Shown: one piece after another, positions 1-10,604 of the stretch
How the letters are laid out: each line of letters starts with the position of its first letter
Position numbering within the stretch: position 1 is the stretch's first letter
Assembly: GCA_963752595.1 (NCBI GenBank)
Contig: CAVVYZ010000001.1
Coordinates: 32,001 to 96,000, forward strand
Reading direction: 5' to 3'
DNA: 64,000 nt
Origin: an uncultured delta proteobacterium
GTDB taxonomy: Bacteria > Desulfobacterota > Desulfomonilia > UBA1062
The notes under the pieces: generated by a model
Told to the model about the DNA's origin: nothing
What the model saw: only the letters and a program-made list of their open reading frames with translations
Database searches by the model: none
Made by a program: the position numbers and the translations under genes

Positions 1-726
1 GTCTTCATGGCGAACCTTTTCGGAACCCTTGTCCTGCTGCCCATCTTTCTCCAGACACTCATGGGCTATACCGCCATGCTCGCGGGCCTCGCGCTTGCCC
101 CGGGGGGAGTGGCAAACCTGCTGATCATGCCCATCGTCGGCAGGTTCCTCCACAGGTTCAACCCAAAGACCTTTGTCCTGGTCGGCATACTCTTCACCGC
201 ATACTCCACATTCCTCATGTCGGGATTCTCTCTGGGCGTGGATTTCGATACGGTTCTCTGGCCCAGGATCTTCATGGGCATCGGGATGGGCATGCTCTTC
301 ATCCCGCTCACCACGCTGACGATAGCAGGCATCAGGAAGGAAGACATGGGCAATGCGACTGCCTTGTATAATCTGATACGAAACATCGGGGGCAGCATCG
401 GGATCGCCATTATCACGACCATGGTAAGCCGCAGGGCCCAGTTCCACCAGTCACGCCTGGTAGACCATCTGACCCCGTATGACCCGGTGTATTTTCTCCG
501 TACCCAGCAGGCAACGGACCTCCTTCAGCAGAAGGGGATCGACCCGTCCATGGCAAAGCACGGAGGGCTCGGCGTCATATACGAAAACACAGTCAGGCAG
601 GCCTCCATGCTCTCGTTTGCGGATGTATTCTTTATCCTAACCCTGATGATGCTTGCCCTCATTCCCCTGGTGCTCTTCATGAAAAATACCGGGCCCGCAC
701 AGGAGCCGGCACCCGTAGCAGAGTAG
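1..726 (+). CDS. DHA2 (EmrB/QacA) family MFS efflux transporter, C-terminal part; begins before the window
   Basis: Multiple TM helices; LPIFLQTLMGYTA, GNATALYNLIRNIGGSIG and SFADVF segments typical of EmrB C-terminal halves. Confidence 0.9.
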   Translation, partial: VFMANLFGTLVLLPIFLQTLMGYTAMLAGLALAPGGVANLLIMPIVGRFLHRFNPKTFVLVGILFTAYSTFLMSGFSLGVDFDTVLWPRIFMGIGMGMLFIPLTTLTIAGIRKEDMGNATALYNLIRNIGGSIGIAIITTMVSRRAQFHQSRLVDHLTPYDPVYFLRTQQATDLLQQKGIDPSMAKHGGLGVIYENTVRQASMLSFADVFFILTLMMLALIPLVLFMKNTGPAQEPAPVAE

Positions 727-814
727 CCTTTCCCTCCCATTAACAGATCTGTCCTGTTTCCTGCTCAGGTATTGGACCAGATGTTCGGAATTCCCCGGAC
801 CGTTAGACATAAGT

Positions 815-852
815 CCCCTCGCCCCTTGCGGGAGAGGGACAGGGAGAGGGGG
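815..852 (+). repeat. REP-like palindromic element (CCCCTCGCCCCTTGCGGGAGAGGGACAGGGAGAGGGG)
   Basis: Imperfect hairpin plus GGGAGAGGGG tail; a related copy lies at 50741-50792. Confidence 0.65.
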
Positions 853-859
853 TATGCTC

Positions 860-1807
860 GCCCGGAATTGCCCATCCTTCACCGTGATGCTCTGCCGGGT
901 ACTAGGATCGGCCGGGGCAGCCGTCACGCTGGTTACCGCCAGGTCCGGGCCTTTCACGGTGATGAAAAAAGCCCAGGGGTTGTTGTTATCATTGTTCTCT
1001 TTAACCGCATTCTGCGGGTCCACCATCATCCGGATTTCGTGAGCCCCGGGCCGGGTCAGCTTTACCGCAGGGATCTCGAATTCGTAATGGATCCCCTTTT
1101 CGGCCTTCATGATATGGGTGTCGGCCACCACATAGGCTCCCACGGGCTGTCCGTTCTCGGTTGCCTGTATCAGAAGCAGCCCTTTCGGCAGAAAGGCCGG
1201 CTGTTTTCCGATGTTCTCCAGGGCATGCAATGCGACCGTGACCGAGCTGCCGGATGTTATCTCTCTATTCAGCCCGGATACTGTTCTCCCATCGCACTTT
1301 GTATAAAAATCCCGTATAAACAGATCCGGCCATCCCGGGTCCCCCTTGGTCGGATCAATCACTTCCACCTGTAAATAACTTGTGTTGTCTGCCGGATTCA
1401 GATCTTCGGCGAGGTTGTAATGATTTATCGTTGCCTCGACAATATGTCTTCCTGCCGGCAGAGTGCCGGTACCAGACCCGAATAGACGATCGACACGGCA
1501 GTCATACGTCTGCCCCGGGCTCAAGGTTATGGATTGCGACCCCCACGGCCGGGTGGTGGCGCTTTACATGACATCGTCGTTCCGCTCAATCCCGAGATCC
1601 TTCAAAGGAGCCGGCGTACTGCCAACGTTCCTGATGGTCACAAAGTAGGTGAAGCCGGTACTGATCGTCCCCTGGAAAGGCTCAACCCCTGAAAGCTGTT
1701 ACGGCAAGATCATATTGTCCGGCAGCATACGCCTGCGGGCCTCCGGTGAGCGTCATTGCAATGGTAAGAAAAATGAAACACAGTCCGTGAATAAAAAGCC
1801 TCATCAT
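860..1807 (-). pseudogene. Secreted CARDB-repeat protein, disrupted and 3' truncated
   Basis: Signal peptide (MMRLFIHGLCF...AYA) then YDLAVTAF; frameshift near 1688 and in-frame TAA near 1563-1565; CARDB-like motifs NLAEDLNPADN, VDPQNAVKENNDNN, GPDLAVTSV; homology stops near 870, next to the REP-like element. Confidence 0.65.
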
Positions 1808-2021
1808 TGGTTGCCTCCTCTTGCCTTTTGTTACCGCGGTGTCGTTACGTATTTTATTGAACTCCATTTCCATGCTGCATTGTCCTTGAAATCTTAATAC
1901 ATTACAAGCAGAAGTATAGAGTCGATCCTGAAACTTTCTCTTGAAAATCATTTGCTCCTCAATTATAAACAATAAAGTAATACTTTAATGTTTAATTAAA
2001 AACATCCGCCAGGAGGGCATT

Positions 2022-3058
2022 ATGAAGACAAGAATCACCGAAATGATGGGCATTCAGTACCCGATCTTTCTTTCCGGCATGAGCTGGATCAGCGTACCCG
2101 AGATGGTGGCTGCCGTTTCGAATGCAGGCGGCCTGGGCATCCTCGCCACCGGTCCTCTGGAAAAGGAGCAGACCCGGGCATCCATCCGCCGGATCCGCAA
2201 GCTCACGGACAAACCCTTCGGGGCCAATGCCTCGCTTCTCTTCCCCGGCGCCAAGGAATCGGCGAAAGTCCTTCTGGAAGAGCAGGTCCCCGTCATCAAC
2301 TTCGCCCTGGGCAAAGGGGACTGGATCGTCGAGGAAGCACACAAGTACGGCGGCAAGGTCATCGCCACGGTGGTGAGCCCCCGGCATGCAAAGCGTGCGC
2401 AGGAGTACGGCTGCGATGCGGTCATCGCCACAGGCAACGAGGCTGCGGCCCACGGTGAATTCGTCACCACGTTCTGCCTTGTCCCGAGCCTGGTGAATGC
2501 CCTTTCTATCCCGGTGATAGCAGCCGGAGGCATAGCGGACGGCAGGGGCCTGGCCGCAGCGCTCGCGCTGGGCGCCGAGGGAGTGGCCATGGGGACCCGG
2601 CTCATGACCACCAAAGAAAGCCCGCTGCACCGGAACTATAAAGACCTCTCCATCACCAGGGATACACGGATACCCTCTACTCAAAGCGTATCGACGGCCT
2701 CTGGTGCCGCGTCCTCAAGACCGATACTGCGGAGCGGCAGAAGAAAAAGGGCCTGGACCTGCCCGCAGCATTCTTCAATGCTCAGGATATTGCGAGATCG
2801 CTGCATCTGCCCTTCCTGAAGCTCTTCATCGGCGTGCTGCTGTCCGGATGGAAGACCTCCATGCAGTTCGCTTATCTGGCCAACGCATCCAAGGCCTTCC
2901 AGCTGGCCACGGAAGACGGCGACCTCGAGAAGGGCATCCTGCCGGTTGGCCAGTGCACCGGCCTGATCAAAGACGAGCCTACGGTCAAGGAGCTGATCGA
3001 CCGGATGGTACAGGAGGCGGAAGGCATCGAGAAAAGGATGGCCGCCATCTTCTCATGA
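2022..3058 (+). CDS. Nitronate monooxygenase / FabK-like flavin oxidoreductase (one frameshift near 2665)
   Basis: AAVSNAGGLG, PVIAAGGIADGRG, ALGAEGVAMGTR; the C-terminus (PVGQCTGLIKD) continues in the frame of ORF 2834-3058. Confidence 0.85.
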
Positions 3059-3095
3059 GCGCCCGGTAGGAAACGCACAAAGGACTGAAAAAGAC

Positions 3096-3809
3096 ATGGG
3101 CCTCAAAATAGGTGAGATAGCGAAGAGAAGCGGGGTCCCGGCCTCCACGATCCGGTATTACGTGAAGGAGGGGCTCCTCCCTTACCCGGAGAGGATCAAC
3201 AAAAAGATGGCCTACTATGACGAGGCCTGCATCAGGAAGCTCGAAGCGATCCAGCACCTCCAGGAAAAGAAGTACTACCCCCTCTCCGTGATCAGGAACA
3301 TCCTCCGCCGCATGGATGACGGCTTCAGCCTCGAAGAATCCGAGGAAGTGGAGAATGCCGTGTTCTCCCCCATGGCCGGAGGCGAGACGGATCTGGTGGA
3401 CCGCCCTGAGTTCCTGCGATTGACCGGGCTTACTCCCGGGCAGCTCGACGAGGCGGAGAAGATCGGTCTCGTCATGCCCTACTTAAGGGAAAAAAAGAAG
3501 GTGTTCTACAACCAGGAAGACATCACCATAGCCCGGGATGCTGTCCGGCAGGTCTACCGGTACGGTCTCGACCCCAAGGATCTGGAGTTTTATGTCCGCC
3601 TCGCCCGCGAGATTACCGACCACGAGGTGGCGCTCCGCAGGAAGATCACCAGCGGCATGTCCGCAAAGGGCAATGCCCGGATAACCACTGACCTCACCCG
3701 GGCAGCCAATCTTTTCCGCAGCTATATCTTAAGGAGGCTCCTCCAGCAGAAGATCCAGACCCGCATCCAGCGGAGCCTCGGCAGGACGAAGAACGATCCG
3801 CAGGAGTAG
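3096..3809 (+). CDS. MerR-family transcriptional regulator
   Basis: N-terminal IGEIAKRSGVPASTIRYYVKEGLL MerR HTH; second HTH-like repeat in the C-terminal half. Confidence 0.9.
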   Translation: MGLKIGEIAKRSGVPASTIRYYVKEGLLPYPERINKKMAYYDEACIRKLEAIQHLQEKKYYPLSVIRNILRRMDDGFSLEESEEVENAVFSPMAGGETDLVDRPEFLRLTGLTPGQLDEAEKIGLVMPYLREKKKVFYNQEDITIARDAVRQVYRYGLDPKDLEFYVRLAREITDHEVALRRKITSGMSAKGNARITTDLTRAANLFRSYILRRLLQQKIQTRIQRSLGRTKNDPQE

Positions 3810-3893
3810 CACTCTGATGACGAGAGATGCTGAAGAATGGGCATCAAGTTGTCATTCTTGGCAGGACAGTGACAAAGCCTCTCTGACCAAGAT

Positions 3894-4850
3894 TCACCCC
3901 AATTCTTTATCCTTGTCAGTCCTATGAATTCTATCATGACAAACAGTACAAAGCGTCTTGAGGTTCTCTTCAGTATTATCACCCTTCTGGACATGGGGTT
4001 TGATATGGTGCAATTCCAAATGGCGAGGATCAGATGGATTCCATTCTTCATGTGACCATCCGCAATTCTTACATCTATAACTATCACGCCTGAGGACTTC
4101 TCTTCTGACATCGTCAGGGATTTTACGATCATGTTCTGGGCTTTGTCGATCCGCTTGTAATACATAAGCGCCCACCGGTAAATCCGGGTTGCCTGTTGTC
4201 TTGGTCATAATAGGCCAACCGAATTCGGTACGAAGTTCACGGACTCTCCTGGCCCACTCGGTCTTATTACCGGCCACATAACGAAGTTCTTCACCGGTTA
4301 CGGGAAGCCCGACATTCTCCCTTAAAAATCTTAGGATCTTATCACGCACCGATGCTTTTTCTTTGCGTATCCTATTGGCAATATTCCATCGGTGTGCAGC
4401 ATCGCGGTCTTGCTGTTCGCTGAGGAGAATATATTCATCCGGTTTCATCTTTTTCAGTTCTTCGGGAATCTCCTCTTCTTCTGCATCTTCCATTTCCTTG
4501 ATCGTTACCCCTGTAGCTATCGACCAACCGAACTGAACTCTCAATTCTCTAATTCTTCTTGCATATTCCTGGATACCGGATACAACAAGAAGCTCATCTC
4601 CTTTAATGACTACTTCCGGATAGCTTCGGAAATACTGGAGGATACGATCCCTGGCCGCAGATTGATACTTTTCCGGAATCAAGGATTTGCCGAGATTTCT
4701 CAGGCTTTTAAAAATCGGTATAAGGGCAAGGACCTTTGGCCGTAGTCCGCTCGATTGAAGCTCGGTTTTAAATTCCTTGATTAAAATCTCTACCTTTTGC
4801 CTTAGTTCTTCCGGATCAGTTGCTTTCGATGAGCCCTTAACTTTTGCCAT
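3894..4850 (-). CDS. HNH endonuclease, putative restriction endonuclease
   Basis: C-terminal VLRRDSYRCKNCG...LELHHIKPH...N..NLKTLCTVCH (HNH with Zn ligands); two internal ARR(I/V)RELR.(Q/E)FGW.I repeats; in operon with MTase and vsr. Confidence 0.85.
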   Translation of the reverse strand: MAKVKGSSKATDPEELRQKVEILIKEFKTELQSSGLRPKVLALIPIFKSLRNLGKSLIPEKYQSAARDRILQYFRSYPEVVIKGDELLVVSGIQEYARRIRELRVQFGWSIATGVTIKEMEDAEEEEIPEELKKMKPDEYILLSEQQDRDAAHRWNIANRIRKEKASVRDKILRFLRENVGLPVTGEELRYVAGNKTEWARRVRELRTEFGWPIMTKTTGNPDLPVGAYVLQADRQSPEHDRKIPDDVRREVLRRDSYRCKNCGWSHEEWNPSDPRHLELHHIKPHVQKGDNTEENLKTLCTVCHDRIHRTDKDKELG

Positions 4851-5253
4851 GTAGAAACCCCTCCAGTTTACCGAGCAATTCATCAGGTTTTCTCGTTTCG
4901 CATTGCCAGATAACGAGAACCTTCCATCCTTGAGATATCAATTCCGATTCAAAGCGCTTATCACGCTCAATATTCAGATCAAGCTTCCGGTTCCAGAACT
5001 CTACATTCGTTGTCGGCCTTTTAGATCGCGGACAGCCTTCATGACCATGCCAGAAACAGCCATGAACGAAGATCACTTTTTTATGTCTCTGCAAAACGAT
5101 ATCCGGATTTCCGGGAAGGCGGCGTACATTGACCCTGAACCGATAACCCATTTTATGTACTGATGACCTCACAAGGATCTCCGGCTTTGTATCGCGTCCT
5201 TTGACGCGCCCCATTATCCGGCTTCGTTTCTCCGGTGAAAAAACATCGGTCAT
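4837..5253 (-). CDS. vsr: Very short patch repair endonuclease
   Basis: MTDVFSPEKRSRIM, DTKPE, LPGNPDIV, FVHGCFWHGH, IWQCE motifs. Confidence 0.95.
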   Translation of the reverse strand: MTDVFSPEKRSRIMGRVKGRDTKPEILVRSSVHKMGYRFRVNVRRLPGNPDIVLQRHKKVIFVHGCFWHGHEGCPRSKRPTTNVEFWNRKLDLNIERDKRFESELISQGWKVLVIWQCETRKPDELLGKLEGFLHGKS

Positions 5254-5254
5254 G

Positions 5255-6472
5255 TTATTTAGTGTTCATCGTAAGAAGCAGATAGACGACATCAGCCACA
5301 CGGGCCGCTAAGAGAGGGGGAACAGCATTCCCTATTTGTTTGGCGATCTCGATTTTCGATCCTTTGAAAGCAAAGTCGTCGGGGAATGATTGTAATCGCG
5401 CTGCTTCGCGATGCGTTATCGGGCGATGCTGTTTAGGATGAAGATATCGCCCCTTCTCAGGTTTGAAGAATTCCGTCCGAATCGTGAATGCCGGTCTATC
5501 CCACCATAATCTTCCGAAGAGGTCGGTGCCTCCGCTTTTCTTCCGTATCCAGCAGTCAGGTGTGAGGTCCGGTGCCATTCTCTGTAGGTCGAACCGGTTC
5601 ATTCCCTCATCAGGTATGGATTTGTACCTTGCAATGCTCAACGGAGTCGGTGTCCTGCCGAAGTGAAGGTCCATAGGCGGATCGATATTTCGGATTTCAG
5701 TACCTTCCGGCTGAGGTAAATCAGCTATAGCATCCTGGACGGTTCGCCATTTTTCTGCATTCGGCAAGTACCCATCTCTTGAACCATCAATCAATGTTGA
5801 TTGGACCACACCTTTTGACGGATCGAAATGTGACTTCCGTGGCGGGAAGACGAGAGCCGGGTTGAAATGCTTACAGCCGATAATAAATGCCCTTTTCCTT
5901 GCTTGAGGGACACCGTAGTCGGTAGCACAAAGTTTGTCGCTCCATACATGAAAACCCATTTCTTTAGCCATGTGAATGATTTCGTCATGTTCAGAAGATC
6001 CCAGGATTTGCGGAACGTTTTCCATTACAAAGATTCCGGCTCCCGACCGTTTGACGACTTCGAAAAACGGTCGCCAGAGTTCTTTTCTCGGATCGACCTC
6101 GCGATTTTTATTCAAAAGGCTAAAACCCTGACAAGGCGGCCCGCCGATGACCACATCGGCTTCCGGAATTTCTATCTTCGGGTTTTTAAGTATGTCTACG
6201 ACATCACCAGGAAGACAGTGATCACCAAAGTTTGCATTGTAAGTTTTGACACAATAGCCATTAAAATCATTGGCCCATACAGAATCGAAAGCATGACCGA
6301 ACCTCTTGGAAAATCCCAGCGTCATGCCTCCGGCCCCGGCGAATACATCTATAAGTCGATATCTTTTAGGAGCTGTTATAATGCTTCCGCTGACTCTCGC
6401 ATCATATACAAGCTGCTCTTCTCGTAACAACCATTCGGAATAAGATATTTCCTCTGCGATCTCATATTTCAT
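5255..6472 (-). CDS. DNA (cytosine-5)-methyltransferase
   Basis: Motif I DVFAGAGG, IV GGPPCQGFS, VI ENV, VIII PQARKR, IX-X REAARLQSFP / QIGNAVPP. Confidence 0.95.
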   Translation of the reverse strand: MKYEIAEEISYSEWLLREEQLVYDARVSGSIITAPKRYRLIDVFAGAGGMTLGFSKRFGHAFDSVWANDFNGYCVKTYNANFGDHCLPGDVVDILKNPKIEIPEADVVIGGPPCQGFSLLNKNREVDPRKELWRPFFEVVKRSGAGIFVMENVPQILGSSEHDEIIHMAKEMGFHVWSDKLCATDYGVPQARKRAFIIGCKHFNPALVFPPRKSHFDPSKGVVQSTLIDGSRDGYLPNAEKWRTVQDAIADLPQPEGTEIRNIDPPMDLHFGRTPTPLSIARYKSIPDEGMNRFDLQRMAPDLTPDCWIRKKSGGTDLFGRLWWDRPAFTIRTEFFKPEKGRYLHPKQHRPITHREAARLQSFPDDFAFKGSKIEIAKQIGNAVPPLLAARVADVVYLLLTMNTK

Positions 6473-6571
6473 AAATATATTTTAGCATGTTTATCCTTAC
6501 ACATCTATGTGGACTTATGATTATCGGCCTGCATTATTTTCGGGTAATCGGGATAGGCTCGGGAAGATAAT

Positions 6572-6593
6572 TAAATATGCTGTCCCCAGAACT
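6572..6593 (+). repeat. REP-like half site (TAAATATGCTGTCCCCAGAACT) at the edge of the R-M island
   Basis: GTCCC-core motif resembling those at 8351-8373 and 13789-13845. Confidence 0.35.
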
Positions 6594-6620
6594 TCAAGGA
6601 CCCCTGGTGTATCGTTTCGA

Positions 6621-7109
6621 TCAGCTGGTTCTTTTTTTTACTCCAGCCTTGCTCTTCGTTCCCTTACGTTTGCGGTATGCATTATAATCGGGCAGCAGGC
6701 GATTGTATTCTCCCTCCATCAGGGGCGAGGAAATCATGAAATCAGCAGATGACCGGTTGCAGGCAATGGGGATGTTCCAGACTACTGCCATCCGCAAGAG
6801 GGCTTTAACATCGGGATCGTGGGGCATCGGCTCGAGGGGGTCCCAGAAGAAGATCAGAAAGTCGATCTCGGCATCCGCAATCTTGGCCCCGATCTGCTGA
6901 TCGCCGCCCAACGGCCCGCTCTGGAGCTTCGTAATCCCGAAGCCGAGCTCCCGTTCCAGGATGTCTCCGGTGGTACCTGTTGCATAGATCTTGTGGTGCG
7001 CCAGGAGGTCGCGGTTGAACTTTGCCCATTCAAGAAGGCCGCTCTTCTTATGATCATGGGCCACCAGGGCTATCCTTTTATCATGCTCCATGACGATTTT
7101 CTGATCCAT
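6621..7109 (-). CDS. mgsA: Methylglyoxal synthase
   Basis: [40 protein letters not shown]; GGAGG upstream of ATG 7109. Confidence 0.95.
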   Translation of the reverse strand: MDQKIVMEHDKRIALVAHDHKKSGLLEWAKFNRDLLAHHKIYATGTTGDILERELGFGITKLQSGPLGGDQQIGAKIADAEIDFLIFFWDPLEPMPHDPDVKALLRMAVVWNIPIACNRSSADFMISSPLMEGEYNRLLPDYNAYRKRKGTKSKAGVKKRTS

Positions 7110-7345
7110 ACTTCCTCCCTTTGATTGTGCTGAAACACTGCTGGCAGGACGGCAGGCTATCCGGTGAATGTCCGAGGTGCCGGTGTTTCTGAACACGATC
7201 TCTTTGAAAAGCTGTGGATTAATATATTGTAAATAATTAGGAACCATCCGGAACGGTTTCAACCCCTAAGGCCGGCATAGAATAAATGAGATGGAGCTTG
7301 ACCGGCTCGATAAACAGGGCATACCTGAAGATGAGGAGATTTTTG

Positions 7346-7549
7346 ATGAACGGAAGGAACCGTAGCGATATCAAACCGGGATCGCGTGTACGAATAGTAC
7401 AGAAACAGGACCAGCAATCCGGAAGGCTGACCGAGGGAACAGTAAAAGACATCCTGACGAACTCGCCGACCCATCCCCACGGGATCAAGGTGCGCCTGGT
7501 GAGCAGTGAAGTGGGGCGGGTGAAAGAGATCCTTGCCGGACAATCCTGA
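7346..7549 (+). CDS. YwbE family protein (DUF2196)
   Basis: VRIVQKQDQQSG.LTEG.VKDILT.S..HPHGIKVRL...VGRV; AGGAG upstream. Confidence 0.85.
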   Translation: MNGRNRSDIKPGSRVRIVQKQDQQSGRLTEGTVKDILTNSPTHPHGIKVRLVSSEVGRVKEILAGQS

Positions 7550-7695
7550 CCCTCAGGCACGTTATTTCCGTTTCTTGCCGGCTCTTACGGTGCCGTTCTT
7601 TCCCATTTATTCCTATTACATTATCAGTGCTTCCTTGATGGCCGAGAGGCCTGCGAAATAGGCCCTGGTCCACATCAGGGGGATCTGGGGCAAAT

Positions 7696-7715
7696 AGCAA
7701 GACCTGACCTCTGAT
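7696..7715 (+). repeat. REP-like right arm AGCAAGACCTGACCTCTGAT
   Basis: Matches the right arm of the dyad at 40106-40169. Confidence 0.6.
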
Positions 7716-7798
7716 AACCCAAGAACCTTTAGGTTCCATAAATTATACATATTTATATTTCTCATAATGGATTCTCTTCCATGCAATAGGAGGTTCCC

Positions 7799-8278
7799 AT
7801 GAGGACGATGTTTGTTTTCAGAAAAATGAGAGGACTTTCTCTTTTTCTGACCATATTTTTCGTTTTCGCATGCAGTGGAGGCGGAGACGGAAGCGATGAC
7901 AGTGACCCTCTATCAAGGGAGGACAATGACTCAGCAGCAAGCGAGGATACCGCACTCGCTGTTGTTTCGGCATCCCCGTCAAACGGATCATTGGGGGTTC
8001 AAACGGATACTCAGATAGACATTACTTTCAATAATGCCATTGATCCATGTACGATTAACATCAATACCTTCACGGTAAGCGTAAACAGGGTTTCTATCCC
8101 GGGAGACATATGTATAAACGACAACATACTTACCTTTTACCCGCGGCATCTGTTGTCAAACGGCGAAACCTATACGCTTAAGCTATCAACCGGAGTGAAA
8201 GATCTTGACGGCAATCCTCTGCCTCTCGATTTCATCGCTACATTCACTACTGCAAATACTGATCAGATGACCCTTTAG
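7799..8278 (+). CDS. Lipoprotein with Ig-like (Big_5/SbsA-type) domain
   Basis: Lipobox FVFAC; VVSASPSNG..V.TDT.I.ITFN..IDP, YTLKLSTGVKDLDGNPL...FTT; AGGAGG RBS. Confidence 0.85.
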   Translation: MRTMFVFRKMRGLSLFLTIFFVFACSGGGDGSDDSDPLSREDNDSAASEDTALAVVSASPSNGSLGVQTDTQIDITFNNAIDPCTININTFTVSVNRVSIPGDICINDNILTFYPRHLLSNGETYTLKLSTGVKDLDGNPLPLDFIATFTTANTDQMTL

Positions 8279-8285
8279 CTGTCCT

Positions 8286-8338
8286 CAGGGTCAGTAAAGG
8301 GGATAGTTTTTACCAGTAAAGCGAAACCTGACACTGAT
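8286..8338 (+). repeat. Degenerate REP-like dyad (CAGGGTCAG...AAAGCGAAACCTGACACTGAT)
   Basis: Right arm resembles AAAGCAAGACCTGACCCTGAT. Confidence 0.5.
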
Positions 8339-8548
8339 ACCGTTAAAGAGAAAAGTGAACCCGTCCCGATTTACCCGGCTAAAGCCTGTTTGGTGAGGCT
8401 TAAGGCAGGATGCGAAGATGTCGCCTTGTCTTCGAGAGATATAGCTGTACCATGTAACAGTAGACACGTTTCAATAGCCTCTACGGCAGCCGGATTATTC
8501 TGAAGTCGCAGCGGTGGCCGGAACCAGGGCGAGCGACTCGAGAACCTT

Positions 8549-10500
8549 ATGCAGAATGCAAGTGATGCCGTTATCATTGCCGGCGAGGATCTCAAGATCA
8601 TGGAGGCAAACACCTTTGCCCGGGAAATGTATGGATACGGCAAGGATGAGTTTACCGGCATGGATCTGATCGATCTCACGGCGCCGGATAAAAGAGACAG
8701 CATCGAGACCGTCATACGCCTCATCAGAGAGAAACACCAAGACAGATTCGAAACAATGCATGTAAAGAAAGACGGAACCGTGTTCCCGGTTGAGATCAGC
8801 ATCAGCGAGATGGAGATCTCGGGTATAAAGGTTTTGATGAGCATCATCCGCGACCTCGCCGAACGCAAGCGATCCGCAGAGGCTTCATCCTGCATCGACC
8901 GTCAGTTCAGGCTGATCTTGGATGCAGGACCTACGCTGCTTTCGTACATAGGCGCTGACACCCGCTATCGCTGGGTTAACGGAAACTATGAGAAATGGTT
9001 AGGCCGAACCGCCGAAGAGTTCCGCGGGATGAAGGTGCGGGAAGTTCTGGGCGAGGCGGCCTGGCGCAGCATCCGGCCGTACATAGAACGGGTACTGTCC
9101 GGGAAACAGTCACCTACGAGCAGGAACTGCTTCTCCCTAAAATAGGACCGCGCTGGGTGCACATAACCTATACGCCCGACCGCGACGAATCAGGGCGCGT
9201 TCGAGGGTTTGTACTGCACGTCATAGATATCAGTCATCACAAGAAAGCGGAAGAGGCATTGCGCATCTCCGAAGCACGCTTCCGGAATCTTTTCGAACAA
9301 ACGCCGCTGAGTATACAGATCCTCCATCCTGGCGGACGGACACTTGAAGTCAATAATGCATGGAAAAGTCTCTGGGGGCTGACGTACGACTTGGTAAGAG
9401 AGTACAACATACTCCAAGACAGGCAACTGGTAGATAGCGGCATCATGCCTTACATACAGAAAGGTTTTGCCGGAGAGATAACCGATGTTCCGGTGACTCT
9501 GTATGATCCGGCCAAGATCGGCATTCCCGGAAGGCCCCGGTGGGTAAGGGCCTTGATCTATCCGGTAAAAAGTGAAAACGGTAGTATTCTTCAGGTTGTA
9601 CTGATGCATATAGACGTAACCGAACTTGTGGAGGCGCAATCTGCTTTGAGAAAAGCCAAAGATAATCTGGAAAGCCTCGTAGAGGAGCGGACGAAAGAGC
9701 TCGCGGAAAGGAACAAAGAGCTGATTCAGGAAGTGGCAGAGCGCAGAAAAGCCGAAGAAGAGAAGAGCAAAGTAGAGATGCAGCTCGTTCAATCCCAGAA
9801 AATAGATGCTCTGGGAAGGTTTGCCGGCGGTATTGCCCATGACCTGAACAATATCCTCTATCCCATCATCATCAACACCGAGATGCTTCTTGACGATGCC
9901 GACCCGGGGACAGAGCTTTATGAAATGCTGGATCAGACGTTGCAGGCAGCTCGCCGGCAAAAGGACCTGGTAAGGCAGATCCTCTCCTTCAGCAGGAAGA
10001 GCGAGCAGAAGCTTGAGCCCATAGAGACGGCACCCCTGGTAAAGGAGACGCTCGCATTTTTACGCTCTTCACTGCCCAGCACCATCGAGATCAGATCTCA
10101 TATCAATGTTCGCGAAGATATGATCATGGGAGATTCGGGCCAGATTCAGCAGGTTATCATGAATCTCTGCAGAAATGCCGCAGATTCACTGGAATCTCAG
10201 AGTGGTGTTATCGAGGTAAGCCTTGAAAACATCCGGGTAGAGTCGCTCCCGGGTCATCCGGAAATGAAACCGGGCGAATATCTTCGTCTGAACGTGAAGG
10301 ATACGGGCCGCGGGATGACAGCCGATGAGCTTGAGAAAATCTTTGAGCCGTTCTTTACTACAAAGGAAGTCGGGAAAGGCAGCGGAATGGGACTGGCCAT
10401 CATTCATGGGATCGTGAAGGACCACGGCGGCGTCGTTACGGTGGAGAGCGAGCCGGGAAAAGGTTCTCTCTTTACCGTGTATCTACCCTCTCTCCGCTGA
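8549..10500 (+). CDS. Multi-PAS sensor histidine kinase (frameshift near 9101)
   Basis: Three PAS domains; H-box AGGIAHDLNNIL, N-box QQVIMNLCRNA, DTGRGM, FEPFFTTK, GSGMGL. ORFs 8549-9145 and 8995-10500 join by adding one G in a G run. Confidence 0.9.
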
Positions 10501-10604
10501 AAAACTCAGATAAAACGAAAGAGCATCAAAGCACTCATAATAACCATGGGAAAGAGGGGAGACCCACGTATAGAGAACCCGGCCTCCCCATTTTTTTCTC
10601 AAGC

